Positions 37,212-47,425 of a stretch of DNA of 64,000 nt are shown in pieces. The first letter of the stretch is position 1. Each line of letters begins with the position of its first letter. A model generated the notes under the pieces. It had not been told where the DNA came from. It was given only the letters and a program-made list of their open reading frames with translations, and did not search any database. The position numbers and the translations under genes were made by a program. The DNA lies in NCBI GenBank assembly GCA_051418015.1, contig JBPRGF010000009.1, positions 1 through 64,000 of the forward strand. The letters run 5' to 3'. Source of the DNA: Candidatus Nitrospinota bacterium M3_3B_026 (GTDB lineage: Bacteria; Nitrospinota_A; UBA7883; JBPRGF01).

Positions 37212-39296
37212 ATGCCCGGAAGATCGAGGAAAACAGCTAAAGGGCTTTTCGTAACGGGAACGGACACCGGCGCCGGCAAAACCGCCGTCGCCGCGGCGCT
37301 GGCTTTCATCCTGCGGGAGGAGGGCTACAGCGTCGGCGTCATGAAACCCGTCGAGACGGGAGCGAAAAAACGGGGCGGAAAGCTCATCGGCGCGGACGCG
37401 GAGATTTTGATGAAAGCCGCCGGGGCGCCGGACCCGTTGGAGATCGTAAACCCGTACCTTTTCAAAAAACCACTCTCCCCCTGGCACGCCGCCTCCGCCG
37501 AGGGAGCGCGGATCGACATCGGGCGGATAGCCGAACTTTTCGATGAGCTTTCCCGGCGGCACGACATCGTAATAGTCGAAGGCGCGGGGGGGCTTCTGGC
37601 CCCCGTCACGGCGGAGGTCTCCATGGGGCGGCTGGCGAGAAGGCTCAATATACCGGCCCTCATCGTCGCCCATCCATATCTCGGGAGCATAAACCATACC
37701 CTGCTGACAGCCAGGATGGCGGGCCTCATCGGGCTGGATATCGCCGGGATCGTGTTCAACCAGAGCAAAAGGCGCAGGTTCCCCGAGCCGGATTTCGATT
37801 TCATCGGCAGGGAGGCCGGAGCCGATGTCTTCGGCCTGATCCCATACACATCCTCCGCGCGAAACGTCCAAAAACTGGCGTCCCACGTCCGGCGGAGCGT
37901 GGACGTGGAGGGACTCATCGCCAGGCTGAAAAGCCTGGCGCCTAAAAACCTCCAGAAGTCATACGAGGAGCGGGACAAGAAATACGTCTGGCATCCGTTC
38001 ACGCAGATGAAGGAGTGGATGGAAGAGCCGATCGTGGTCGTGGAGTCCGGCGACGGGATAACCGTCCGGGACGTCCGGGGCAGGGAGTTCATGGACCTTT
38101 TTTCGAGCTACTGGTGCAACGTCCATGGCCACGGCGACGAGAGACTCAACGCGGCCATAGGCGCCCAGCTCGGCAAGATATCCCACTCCACGTTCCTCGG
38201 CCTGTCCAACGTCCCCGCCGTGGACCTGGCGGAGAAGCTGGCCGAGATAACCCCCGAGGGGCTCGACAGGGTCTTTTACTCCGACGATGGATCAACGGCC
38301 GTGGAGGCGGCGCTGAAGATGAGCTACCAGTACTGGCGGCATACGGAGCCGCGCTCACGAAGGGACAGGTTCATTGCCGTGGAGGGCGCCTACCACGGCG
38401 ACACCATGGGGGCCATGTCCGTCGGCGGCATAGACATCTATCACGAGGTGTTCAGGGATCTGCTGGCGAAGACGGTTTTCGTCCCCCCGCCCTACTGCTA
38501 TCGTTGCCCCATCGGCAAGTCCTACCCCGACTGCGCCATCGCCTGCGCGGGGCTGATAGACGAAGCGCTCGCGGCCAATGAAGGACGGGTCGCGGCGATG
38601 ATAATAGAGCCGCTGGTGCAGTGCCCGGGAGGGATCATCACCGCGCCCCACGGATACCTGAAACGCGCCGCGGAGGCCTGCGCCCGGCACGGCGTCCTGC
38701 TGATCGCCGACGAGGTGGCGGTGGGGTTCGGCAGGACGGGGCGGATGTTCGCCTGCGAGCACGAGAGTGTCCGGCCGGACATCATGACGGTCTCCAAGTC
38801 GATAACCGGCGGGACCATGCCCTTCGCCGCCACCATCGCGTCGTCGAGGGTCTTCGACGCCTTCTGGGGCGACTACAGGGAGCTGAAAACCTTTTTCCAT
38901 GGCCACACCTACACAGCCAACCAGCTTGGCGCGGCGGCGGCGCTCGAGAACCTGCGGCTGATGGACGAGCGCGACATCATCGGCCAGGCGCAGGAAAAGG
39001 CGGCGGAGCTTTCCGCGGTGCTGGCCCGGTTCCAGGACCTGGAGCATGTGGGCGATGTCCGGCAGAGGGGGCTTATCGCCGGGGTGGAGCTGGTGGCGGA
39101 CAAGGAGACGAAAAAAACCTACCACTGGACCGAGAGGATGGGCGCCAGGGTTGTCTTGGAGGCAAGAGGGCGGGGGTTGCTGGCCCGCCCCCTGGGCGAT
39201 GTGCTCGTCCTTTTCCCCGCGCCTTTCGCCTCCATCGCCGAGGTCAGGAAAATGACCGATATCCTCTACGATTCCATAGCCGCCGTGACGGAGTGA
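37212..39296 (+). CDS. bioDA: Bifunctional dethiobiotin synthetase / adenosylmethionine-8-amino-7-oxononanoate aminotransferase (BioD-BioA fusion)
   Basis: N-terminal GTDTGAGKT P-loop (BioD) followed by a class-III aminotransferase domain (WHPFTQM..., HGHTYTANQLG) in a single 694-aa frame. Confidence 0.85.
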   Translation: MPGRSRKTAKGLFVTGTDTGAGKTAVAAALAFILREEGYSVGVMKPVETGAKKRGGKLIGADAEILMKAAGAPDPLEIVNPYLFKKPLSPWHAASAEGARIDIGRIAELFDELSRRHDIVIVEGAGGLLAPVTAEVSMGRLARRLNIPALIVAHPYLGSINHTLLTARMAGLIGLDIAGIVFNQSKRRRFPEPDFDFIGREAGADVFGLIPYTSSARNVQKLASHVRRSVDVEGLIARLKSLAPKNLQKSYEERDKKYVWHPFTQMKEWMEEPIVVVESGDGITVRDVRGREFMDLFSSYWCNVHGHGDERLNAAIGAQLGKISHSTFLGLSNVPAVDLAEKLAEITPEGLDRVFYSDDGSTAVEAALKMSYQYWRHTEPRSRRDRFIAVEGAYHGDTMGAMSVGGIDIYHEVFRDLLAKTVFVPPPYCYRCPIGKSYPDCAIACAGLIDEALAANEGRVAAMIIEPLVQCPGGIITAPHGYLKRAAEACARHGVLLIADEVAVGFGRTGRMFACEHESVRPDIMTVSKSITGGTMPFAATIASSRVFDAFWGDYRELKTFFHGHTYTANQLGAAAALENLRLMDERDIIGQAQEKAAELSAVLARFQDLEHVGDVRQRGLIAGVELVADKETKKTYHWTERMGARVVLEARGRGLLARPLGDVLVLFPAPFASIAEVRKMTDILYDSIAAVTE

Positions 39297-39366
39297 AAAG
39301 ACCCGCCCTTCCCGCGCCTCTTCTCGTGGCATAATAAAAGCCTGAAGAGAATTTCAAGGTGTCTTC

Positions 39367-39807
39367 ATGGCAAGAGCGCTCGCCCTGGATATAGGGGACA
39401 AGAGGACCGGCGCCGCGGTGTCCGACGACCTGGGGATCACGGCCCAGCCCGCGGGCGTGGTCGAGGCCTCGGGGTACAAGCCCCTTCTGGCGTTTGTCCG
39501 CGGGCTGATGGAAAAATACGAGATAGACAGGATCATAGTGGGCCACCCCGTGAACATGAACGGGACGATAGGAGAAAGGGCCCGGCTGAGCGAGCGGATC
39601 GCGGAAAAGCTGAAAAAAGACATCGACGCGGAGGTGATCCTGTGGGACGAGCGGCTGACCACGGCGCAGGCTGAACGGGCTCTGATATCAGCGGATGTCT
39701 CGAGGAAAAAAAGAAAACAGTCCGTGGACCAGGTAGCGGCGCAGCTTATTCTCTCCGGCTGGCTCGCGGCGGGCGGCGGGAGCCGCGGAGGAGAGTGGCG
39801 GCGATGA
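39367..39807 (+). CDS. ruvX: Putative pre-16S rRNA nuclease / Holliday-junction resolvase-like YqgF
   Basis: MARALALDIGDKRTGAAVSD N-terminal signature. Confidence 0.85.
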   Translation: MARALALDIGDKRTGAAVSDDLGITAQPAGVVEASGYKPLLAFVRGLMEKYEIDRIIVGHPVNMNGTIGERARLSERIAEKLKKDIDAEVILWDERLTTAQAERALISADVSRKKRKQSVDQVAAQLILSGWLAAGGGSRGGEWRR

Positions 39808-40796
39808 GAAAAACGGCGGCCGTCTCCGGCCTCGCTGTTGTTCTGGCCCTGGCCGGATGGGGGATAGTGGAGATGGAGCTTGCCAGGCCGAGAGGCGGGA
39901 CGGGGGACGCCGTCGTCTGGATCCCGAAGGGAGCGAGCGTGCGGGCCGCCGCCTCGAAGCTGGCCGAGGAGGGCGTCATCTCCAGCCCGTTGCTTTTTGA
40001 GCTGGAGGCGCGCCTCCGGGCGGGGGGGCGGATCATGGCCGGTGAGTACCTTTTCGAAAGGAACAACTCCATAAAAGACGTGGTCGGAAAGCTCAGCCGG
40101 GGCGAGGCGCTCCTCCACGCGGTCACCATCCCGGAAGGATACGACATCGCCGGCGCGGCGCGGGCCATGGAAAAACTTTTAGACCCGGAAGATTTCATGA
40201 AGGCCGCGCGCGACCCCGACGTCCTGCGAGGATGGGGGATCAGGGGAGAATCGGCGGAAGGGTATCTTTTCCCGGAGACGTACCATTTCCGGAAGGGAGT
40301 GACGCCCCGCCGGGCGGTGGAGACGATGGTAGGGATGTTTTTCAGAAAGGCGCGGGAAGCCATACCGGAGGACGTGCTAGAGGATCCAGAGAAGCTGCAT
40401 GAGCTTGTCACCCTCGCCTCCATCGTGGAGAAGGAGACCGCCGCGCCGGACGAACGGGCGCTCGTGGCGGCGGTTTTCAAAAACAGGCTCCAGCGCGGGA
40501 TGCCGCTTCAGTCCGACCCCACGGTGATCTACGCCCTGCCGGACTTCGACGGCAACCTCACGAAGGAAGACCTGTACCATGACTCCCCTTACAACACCTA
40601 CGCCCGCAAGGGCCTGCCGCCGGGGCCGATAGCCAGCCCGGGCCTTCGCGCCCTGAAGGCCGCCGCGCGTCCGGCGGACGTGGACTATCTCTATTTCGTC
40701 TCCACCAACGACGGCGGACACGTCTTTTCGGCGACTCTCGCCGAGCACAATCACGCCGTGCGGCGTTACCAGCAGAACCGCGGCGCGGCGCCCTAG
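39804..40796 (+). CDS. mltG: Endolytic murein transglycosylase MltG (YceG family)
   Basis: N-terminal TM anchor; YceG-like domain (ETYHFRKG, LQSDPTVIYAL); ATGA overlap with ruvX. Confidence 0.85.
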   Translation: MRKTAAVSGLAVVLALAGWGIVEMELARPRGGTGDAVVWIPKGASVRAAASKLAEEGVISSPLLFELEARLRAGGRIMAGEYLFERNNSIKDVVGKLSRGEALLHAVTIPEGYDIAGAARAMEKLLDPEDFMKAARDPDVLRGWGIRGESAEGYLFPETYHFRKGVTPRRAVETMVGMFFRKAREAIPEDVLEDPEKLHELVTLASIVEKETAAPDERALVAAVFKNRLQRGMPLQSDPTVIYALPDFDGNLTKEDLYHDSPYNTYARKGLPPGPIASPGLRALKAAARPADVDYLYFVSTNDGGHVFSATLAEHNHAVRRYQQNRGAAP

Positions 40797-40818
40797 GACG
40801 TTTTTGGAAGGCGCGGGA

Positions 40819-41955
40819 ATGGCGAAGATACTGGCCGTGGACGACGTGGCGGACAACGTAGACCTGTTGCGGTACATACTGGAAAAGCATGGACACCAGG
40901 TGCTACCCGCCTACAGCGGGCGTGAGGCGCTCGATATCGCGGAAAGGGAGAAGGTCGACCTTGTCCTGCTGGATATCATGATGCCGGAGATGGACGGGCT
41001 GGAGACGGCCTCCCGCTTCAAGAGCCAGGAGCACCTCAAGCACGTTCCCATCATCTTCCTCACGGCGCACAGGAAAGAGGCGGCGGATATCGCCGAAGGG
41101 CTTGCCGCGGGAGGGGACGAATACCTGACGAAACCTTTCGAGAAGGTGGAACTCCTGGCCAGGGTGAATTCCATGCTGCGGATCAAGTTTCTCTACGACC
41201 AGGTGTCCGGCGCGCGGCGGGAGATGGAAAGGGAGCTGAAAACGGCCCAGGCGGTGCAGTCCGCCATGCTCCCAGCGCGCTTTCCGTACCCGGAGAGGGT
41301 CAGGTTCCACGCCCGCTACATGGCCACCTCCTCCATAGGCGGCGACTATTACGACGTCCTGGACTACGGCGGCGGCAGACTGGGGATGATCGTGGCGGAT
41401 GTCTCCGGCCACGGCCCCTCCGCGGCGCTGATAGTATCGATGCTGAAGACCATCCTCCACGCGGGCGACTTTGTCAGCGCGGAGCCTGAAAGCGTGGCGC
41501 GGAGCCTGAACAGCCACCTGAAACGCATGATCCCGGAGGACCGTTTCGTGTCGCTGTTCTTTGGCGTCCTCGACCTGGACGCCGCGTCGCTGACCTACGT
41601 GAGGGCGGGGCATCCCTTCCCCCTGCTGCTCAGGGCGAGGGACAGGTCGGTCGTGAGGCTCGCGGCGGAGGGAGAGCTGGTGGGCCTTTTCGACGAGATA
41701 GAGATCGAGCAGGAAACGGCTCCCATGGAACCGGGGGACAGGATTCTCATGTACTCCGACGGGCTCATCGAGATGGCCGACGGGAAAGAGGAATTATACG
41801 GCCTCAGGCGGATGGAAAAATTCGTGAAGGAAAGGTTCGACGACGATGGGGAAGCGCTGCTGGACGCCATCCTGGAGAACACGGCGAGTTTCAGCGCCGA
41901 AGAGTTCCCCCCCGATGACATCGCCATCCTGATGGCGGAGATCGCCCGCCGATGA
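40819..41955 (+). CDS. Response regulator receiver fused to PP2C-type (SpoIIE/RsbU-like) serine phosphatase
   Basis: ILAVDDVADNVDLLRYIL...LLDIMMPEMDG receiver domain; C-terminal GGDYYDVLDYGGGRLGMIVADVSGHG PP2C motif. Confidence 0.85.
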   Translation: MAKILAVDDVADNVDLLRYILEKHGHQVLPAYSGREALDIAEREKVDLVLLDIMMPEMDGLETASRFKSQEHLKHVPIIFLTAHRKEAADIAEGLAAGGDEYLTKPFEKVELLARVNSMLRIKFLYDQVSGARREMERELKTAQAVQSAMLPARFPYPERVRFHARYMATSSIGGDYYDVLDYGGGRLGMIVADVSGHGPSAALIVSMLKTILHAGDFVSAEPESVARSLNSHLKRMIPEDRFVSLFFGVLDLDAASLTYVRAGHPFPLLLRARDRSVVRLAAEGELVGLFDEIEIEQETAPMEPGDRILMYSDGLIEMADGKEELYGLRRMEKFVKERFDDDGEALLDAILENTASFSAEEFPPDDIAILMAEIARR

Positions 41956-42875
41956 GCCGGATCGCCCCGGACTCCCGCCTGGCCGATGTCCCCGGCGTGA
42001 AGGTGGGGCACTGGACGGACCGGCGGGCCGGGACGGGCGCCACGGTGGTAACATTCGACCGGCTTTCCCCGGCTTCCGTCCACGTGGCCGGCGGCGCGCC
42101 GGGCTCGCAGGAGACGGAGCTTCTGGATCCATCCCGCTCTGTTCCCGGCGTGGACGCGATCCTGCTGGCGGGAGGATCCGCTTTCGGCCTGGCGGCGGCG
42201 GACGGCGCGCGGCGATATCTGGAGGAACGGGGCCGGGGCTTTAAGGTCGGCTCATACACGGTTCCCATAGTGCCCGCGGCGGTGATATTCGACCTGGCCG
42301 TGGGAGATGGCGCCGTCCGGCCCGGCCCGGAGGCTGGCTACGCCGCCTGCGAAAACGCCGAAAGCGGGGGCAGGCACGAGGGCGACGTGGGCGCGGGGGC
42401 GGGCGCGCGGGTGGCCAAGTACATGGGAATGGAAAAGAGCCTGCCGGGCGGCCTGGCCTCGAGGAGCGTCCGGCTGGAGGACGGGACGATGGTGGGCGCG
42501 CTGATGGTAGTGAACGCCTTCGGCGCGATCGTCGATCCGGCCACGGGCGATGTCATAGCCGCTCCGAGGGGCGCCGATGGAAAAACCGTTGACTACATTT
42601 CCTCGAAGGTCTCCCCGCCCTCCTTTGGGAACACCTGTGCCGGGGTGGTCGTGACGGACGCGGCCCTGACCAAGGCGGAGGCGAAAAGGGTGAGCGTGAT
42701 GGCGTCGGCGGGGCTCGCCAGGGCGGTCACGCCGGCTTTCACGCCCTATGACGGGGATATGATATTCACCGTCTCCACAGGCTCCGGGAGGGCCGGCACG
42801 GCCAGGGTTGGCGCATGGGCGGCAAGGCTCGTTGAGGAGTGCGTGACAGCCGCCGTGAGGGCCGCTCGGGGATGA
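41952..42875 (+). CDS. P1-family (DmpA/S58-like) aminopeptidase
   Basis: GVKVGHWTD...GTGATVVTF and LLAGGSAFGL motifs of the DmpA/ArgJ-like fold; ATGA overlap with the upstream gene. Confidence 0.65.
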   Translation: MSRIAPDSRLADVPGVKVGHWTDRRAGTGATVVTFDRLSPASVHVAGGAPGSQETELLDPSRSVPGVDAILLAGGSAFGLAAADGARRYLEERGRGFKVGSYTVPIVPAAVIFDLAVGDGAVRPGPEAGYAACENAESGGRHEGDVGAGAGARVAKYMGMEKSLPGGLASRSVRLEDGTMVGALMVVNAFGAIVDPATGDVIAAPRGADGKTVDYISSKVSPPSFGNTCAGVVVTDAALTKAEAKRVSVMASAGLARAVTPAFTPYDGDMIFTVSTGSGRAGTARVGAWAARLVEECVTAAVRAARG

Positions 42876-42928
42876 ATTAACAAAAAACTCATCATCGGCC
42901 GGCGCCTCCACATGGTAGAAAATCATCG

Positions 42929-43375
42929 ATGAGACGGAGCGGAAAACTCAAAATACTTTTCCTTTGCACGGGCAACTCCTGCCGCAGCCAGATGGCGGAA
43001 GGGTGGGCCAGGGCGCTTAAAGGCGACGTGATAGAGCCTTGCTCCGCCGGTGTCCAGGCCCATGGGCTGAACCCGGACGCCGCGCTGGTGATGGCCGAGG
43101 CGGGGGCGCCCATCTCCGGCCAGAGGTCGAAGCTTGTCGATGAACTGCTGGATGTCGAGTTCGACTACGTCATCACCGTCTGCTCCGCCGCCAACGAGGC
43201 CTGCCCGAGGTTTCCTGGCAAGGCGAGGGTGATTCATGCCGGTTTTGACGATCCGCCGAGACTGGCCGAAGGGGCGAAATCCAGGGAAGAGGCGCTTTCC
43301 CACTACCGCAGGGTGCGGGACGAGATCAGGGCCTTCGTGGAGTCTTTGCCGGAGGCGCTGGGCGAGCGTCTCTGA
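42929..43375 (+). CDS. arsC: Low-molecular-weight phosphotyrosine phosphatase family arsenate reductase (thioredoxin-coupled ArsC)
   Basis: ILFLCTGNSCRSQMAEGW CX5R P-loop; 148 aa. Confidence 0.75.
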   Translation: MRRSGKLKILFLCTGNSCRSQMAEGWARALKGDVIEPCSAGVQAHGLNPDAALVMAEAGAPISGQRSKLVDELLDVEFDYVITVCSAANEACPRFPGKARVIHAGFDDPPRLAEGAKSREEALSHYRRVRDEIRAFVESLPEALGERL

Positions 43376-43384
43376 GGGCCGTTC

Positions 43385-44371
43385 TCACCAGCGCAAAAGC
43401 GACGCGCCCCAGGTAAGCCCCCCGCCGAAGGCCACCAGCAGCGCCAAGTCGCCCCGCCTCAGCCTCCCTTCCTCCGCCGCTTCGCTCAGGGCTATGGGTA
43501 TGGAGGCGGCGGAGGTGTTCCCGTACCTTTCGACGTTGGTGTAGACCCTCTCCTCCGGAACGCCGAGGGCCTTGCCGACGGCGTTTATGATGCGGATGTT
43601 CGCCTGGTGGGGGATGACAAGCCCCAGGTCGGCAGGCTTCAGGCCGTTTTCCTCCAGCAGGGCGGCCGCCACGTCGCTCATCCTCTTGACGGCCACCTTG
43701 AAGGTCTGGTTGCCCTTCATTTTCAGGCAGAAGCTCGCCTCCTGCGCTCCAGCGGCGGCCCCGCCCATGGCGGCGAACCCTCCCGCCGTCAGAAGGTCCG
43801 CGTAGGCGCCGTCGGCGTGTATCCGTGACCCTATGACACCGCCGCCGTCGGCCGATGCCGTCACCACCGCCGCCGCCGCGCCATCGCCGAACAGGACGCA
43901 GGTACCCCTGTCCTCCCAGTCGATGATGCGGCTGAAGACCTCGCTGGCGGCGATCAGGACGTTTTTCGCGGCTCCGGATTTTATGTAGGCGTCCGCGATG
44001 GATAAGGCGTAGACGAACCCCGAGCAGGCGGCCAGCAGGTCGAAGGCGGCGCAGCCTCCGGCGCCTATCTCGTTCTGTATGAAACAGGCCGTGGAGGGGA
44101 ACATCATGTCCGGCGTCGACGTGGCGCACAGGATCAGGTCCAGCTCCCGCGGGGCCACTCCGGCGTTCTCCAGCGCCTCGCGAACGGCGGGGACGGCCAG
44201 CCCGGAAGCGGTGACGTCCCTTTCGGCGATCCTGCGCTCTCTTATCCCCGTGCGGGTGACGATCCATTCGTCGGAGGTGTCGACCATCTTTTCCAGGTCG
44301 CGGTTGGTGAGGATTCTGGGGGGGAGGTTTTTCCCAAGGCCCGCGATACGGGCGCGAGGCGGACCGTTCAC
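43385..44371 (-). CDS. fabH: 3-oxoacyl-ACP synthase III
   Basis: ARIAGLGKNLPPRILTNRDLEKMVDTSDEWIVTRTGIRERRIA; active-site region AACSGFVYAL; start approximate (GTG near 44368, overlapping plsX stop). Confidence 0.85.
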   Translation of the reverse strand: MNGPPRARIAGLGKNLPPRILTNRDLEKMVDTSDEWIVTRTGIRERRIAERDVTASGLAVPAVREALENAGVAPRELDLILCATSTPDMMFPSTACFIQNEIGAGGCAAFDLLAACSGFVYALSIADAYIKSGAAKNVLIAASEVFSRIIDWEDRGTCVLFGDGAAAAVVTASADGGGVIGSRIHADGAYADLLTAGGFAAMGGAAAGAQEASFCLKMKGNQTFKVAVKRMSDVAAALLEENGLKPADLGLVIPHQANIRIINAVGKALGVPEERVYTNVERYGNTSAASIPIALSEAAEEGRLRRGDLALLVAFGGGLTWGASLLRW

Positions 44372-45549
44372 TTTGTCTCCGGCTCTTCGTAGCCGCTCAG
44401 GCCGATCTTGCGCTTCATCTGATCCCAAAGCCCGCCGCGTTTGCCGGCCTTGGAACGCAGGATGTCCTGGTTGCTCTGGAGGCTTTCACGGATGTGCCCG
44501 TTGACATCTTCCCGCACGAACTTTTTGGCGGCCATCACGGCGCTCTTTATGGACTTTGGCCCCGAGGAGCCGTGGGAGATGAAGACTGCGCCGTCGATCC
44601 CCAGCAGCGGGGCTCCGCCCACCTCGGAGTGGTCGATCCTCTTTTTAAACTCCTCCAGGCCCGGGCGAAGGAGAAGGTATCCCATCCTGCCGCGGAGGCT
44701 GCTTTTGAACATCTCCTTCAGGGAGACGCTTATCATCTCCGCCACGGACTCGGATATCTTGAGCGCGATGTTCCCCGTGAACCCGTCGCAGACCACCACG
44801 TCCGCCACGCCCCTGTACAGAAGCTTGGCCTCCACGTTGCCGACGAAGTTTATGGAGCTTTCCGTGAGCAGCTCGAAGGCGTCCCTGATGACGTCGTTGC
44901 CCTTGGTCTCCTCCTCGCCTATGGACAAAAGCCCCACCCTGGGCAGGTGGTCGTCCAGGACGTACTGGGCGTAGATGGCGCCCATCAGGCCGAACTCGTA
45001 AAGATGCCCCGCCTTGCAGACCACGTTGGCCCCCGCGTCCAGCAGGACCGTGTGGCCCGTCCTGGTGGGCAGCGTCACGGCGATGGCGGCGCGGTCGATC
45101 CCCTCCAGGGTGTTCAGGAAAACCGTGGCCACGGCCATGACGGCGCCGGTGTTGCCGGCGGATATGAAGGCGTCCGCCTCGCCCTCTTTCACCATCTTCA
45201 CGCCGGTGTGGATCGACGATTTTTTTTTCTTGCGCAACGCGGCGGACGGCGACTCGTCCATCCCCACCGCCTCTTCGGCGTGGCGGACGGAAAGGCGGTC
45301 CTTGTCATAGGAGCGCTTCGACAGCAAGCCGTCGACCCTCTCCTCGTCGCCGACAAGGATCACCCGGACATCCCCGCCGTTTTCGACGGCCTGGATAGCG
45401 CCGTCTATTATGGCCTCGGGGGCGTTGTCGCCGCCCATGGCGTCGAGCGCCACGGTGATCTCGTCCTTTCCAGGCGCCTGCGGCGCGGGCGCGGTCTCCT
45501 CCTCGCTTTCGGGCGTCGCGGACTCCCCGCCCTCTTCAATCTCGCTCAA
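44368..45549 (-). CDS. plsX: Phosphate acyltransferase PlsX (with about 30-aa acidic N-terminal extension)
   Basis: ITVALDAMGGDNAPEAIIDGA signature; conserved rpmF-plsX-fabH arrangement. Confidence 0.85.
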   Translation of the reverse strand: MSEIEEGGESATPESEEETAPAPQAPGKDEITVALDAMGGDNAPEAIIDGAIQAVENGGDVRVILVGDEERVDGLLSKRSYDKDRLSVRHAEEAVGMDESPSAALRKKKKSSIHTGVKMVKEGEADAFISAGNTGAVMAVATVFLNTLEGIDRAAIAVTLPTRTGHTVLLDAGANVVCKAGHLYEFGLMGAIYAQYVLDDHLPRVGLLSIGEEETKGNDVIRDAFELLTESSINFVGNVEAKLLYRGVADVVVCDGFTGNIALKISESVAEMISVSLKEMFKSSLRGRMGYLLLRPGLEEFKKRIDHSEVGGAPLLGIDGAVFISHGSSGPKSIKSAVMAAKKFVREDVNGHIRESLQSNQDILRSKAGKRGGLWDQMKRKIGLSGYEEPETK

Positions 45550-45732
45550 CTATTCCTCTTCGGACCCTATGACCTGCTCGTCGTTGTAGGTCCCGCACTC
45601 GGGGCAGACCCTGTGGGGCTGTTTCGGTTCTCCGCACTGGGGACAGGTCGAAAGCGGCGGCAGGCTCAGCGCGTCGTGCGATCTTCGCATACCCCGCCTG
45701 CTTCGCGATGTCTTTTTCTTCGGAACGGGCAT
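45550..45732 (-). CDS. rpmF: 50S ribosomal protein L32
   Basis: [19 protein letters not shown] plus CPQCG...CPECG zinc-ribbon. Confidence 0.9.
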   Translation of the reverse strand: MPVPKKKTSRSRRGMRRSHDALSLPPLSTCPQCGEPKQPHRVCPECGTYNDEQVIGSEEE

Positions 45733-45745
45733 CGTTATTCCTCTC

Positions 45746-46291
45746 TTATTTGAACTTCAGTTTCTTCAACTCGGCCAGCCTGGGGTCCACTGACGGCGTC
45801 TCGCAGCCGCACTCTGTCTCGTTCAGGTTCGCCCCGCACACGGGGCAAAGCCCTCTGCATCCCTCGGCGCATACCGGACTCATGGGGACGGCCAACGCCA
45901 GGGCGTCCCGGATCGGGCCGTAGAGGCTTATCTCGCCCCCCTCGTAAAGCTGGACGTCCATGTCCTCGCCGGTCAACTCAACCTCTCCGCCGGTCGTTTC
46001 CACGCTTTCGCCTGGCATGAATACCGTGGTTACGTCCGCCGCGACGGGCATGTCGAACTCGTCCAGGCAGCGGGAGCAGGCGAGCCGCAACGTCCCTTCG
46101 ACGCGGCCGGACAGGTAAACCGTCCCGCCGCTTCGGTAAAGCCTTCCGCCAAACTCCACGGAAGCCGCTACGGGTGTGTGGTCTTTCTCGGCGGCGAAGG
46201 TCTCCGGGGGGATCGTCCACCGCCTGTCCACTCCCTCCTCGGGGATGAGCGACACCTTCAGAGTCAACGGACTTTCGCGATCTTTTTTCAT
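45746..46291 (-). CDS. yceD: YceD/DUF177 family protein (large-subunit rRNA accumulation protein)
   Basis: CSRCLDEF...[15 protein letters not shown] cysteine pairs; conserved position upstream of rpmF. Confidence 0.8.
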   Translation of the reverse strand: MKKDRESPLTLKVSLIPEEGVDRRWTIPPETFAAEKDHTPVAASVEFGGRLYRSGGTVYLSGRVEGTLRLACSRCLDEFDMPVAADVTTVFMPGESVETTGGEVELTGEDMDVQLYEGGEISLYGPIRDALALAVPMSPVCAEGCRGLCPVCGANLNETECGCETPSVDPRLAELKKLKFK

Positions 46292-46426
46292 GATTCCGCT
46301 CCAAAGTCCCGAGGATAAGTAAACTACCCGTATAGCAGTTTTGAAAAATTATGTCAATTCCCGTTGCGGTTTCCCGTGGTGGGAAGCGGGACGGGCGTGG
46401 ACCGGTTTTGCCGGTGGTATGGGCTA

Positions 46427-46930
46427 TTATTCCCCGAAAGCCGTCACTTTCGCCGTGAACTTTCCGAGTTCGTCCCGGTTTCGCAGGGTAGTCTCCTCGG
46501 CCATCGTGGCGCGGGGGAGCATCTCCCGTATCGTCCGCGTGAAAAAGCCCGCGCTGGAGCGGCCTAGAACGGAACCGTCGCGGCGGCAAAGCGCGGCGCT
46601 GCTCAGGGCGCAGGAGGGCGACCCGCTTTTCAGGACGAGGCCGCCTATCCCGCGCTCCGCGAACTCCTCGGCGGCTGCCCTGGCGTGGCTGCTCATCATC
46701 TCCGTGCAGTCCTTTCCGGTCAGCGCGCCGATGAGCCTTGTTCCTTCGCTGTCCTCCACGAGGTTTACGGGCTCCCTTGGGACGCCCATGCCCGCGTCCA
46801 CCTCGGGGCAGAAGGGGACGAGTTCAAAACGTCTCCGCAACGCGTCGATAAGGGCTGGCTCGGCCTTATCTCCGCCGTCGTGGCGGACCTTGTCGCCCAG
46901 CAGACAGCGGCTCACGCCGACGGGGCGCAT
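46427..46930 (-). CDS. DUF523-family protein (TudS-like 2-thiouracil desulfurase family)
   Basis: VGVSRCLLGDKVRHDGG N-terminus typical of DUF523/YbbK proteins. Confidence 0.5.
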   Translation of the reverse strand: MRPVGVSRCLLGDKVRHDGGDKAEPALIDALRRRFELVPFCPEVDAGMGVPREPVNLVEDSEGTRLIGALTGKDCTEMMSSHARAAAEEFAERGIGGLVLKSGSPSCALSSAALCRRDGSVLGRSSAGFFTRTIREMLPRATMAEETTLRNRDELGKFTAKVTAFGE

Positions 46931-47421
46931 TCGGACTCATCGCCCCCGGCTTTCGATATCCCGTGGAGCGCGGCCTCGAAGACGGCCTCGATGTTCTCCA
47001 CGGCGGCCCTGGGGCTTCCGGGAAGGTTTATTATCATCACTTTTCCCCGCAGGCCCGCGAGCCCGCGGGACAGGACGGCGTTAGATGACTTCGCCAGGGA
47101 GGCCGCGCGCATGGCCTCCGGTATGCCGGGGATCGGTCTGTCCAGCAGGGGCCTTGTGGCCTCGGGGGTGACGTCCCGGGGCGACACACCCGTGCCGCCA
47201 GCCGTCAGCAGCAGGTCGACTTCGCCGGAGTCGGCCCATTCGCGCATCGTCTCCCGGATTGCCTCCTCATCGTCGGGGACAACGGCGAACCTGCCGAGGG
47301 TCAGGCCCTGTTTTTCAAGGAACGAGCGCATGGCCTTTTCCACCCTGTCCTCGCGCTCGCCGCGGCTTGCCCTGTCACTCGCCACCAGCAGAGCAGTGGA
47401 GATTTTTCCTGGCGCGCTCAA
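46912..47421 (-). CDS. mogA: Molybdenum cofactor biosynthesis protein MogA/MoaB
   Basis: ISTALLVASDRASRGEREDR...LLLTAGGTGVSPRDVTPEA signature. Confidence 0.85.
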   Translation of the reverse strand: MSAPGKISTALLVASDRASRGEREDRVEKAMRSFLEKQGLTLGRFAVVPDDEEAIRETMREWADSGEVDLLLTAGGTGVSPRDVTPEATRPLLDRPIPGIPEAMRAASLAKSSNAVLSRGLAGLRGKVMIINLPGSPRAAVENIEAVFEAALHGISKAGGDESECAPSA

Positions 47422-47425
47422 GGCT

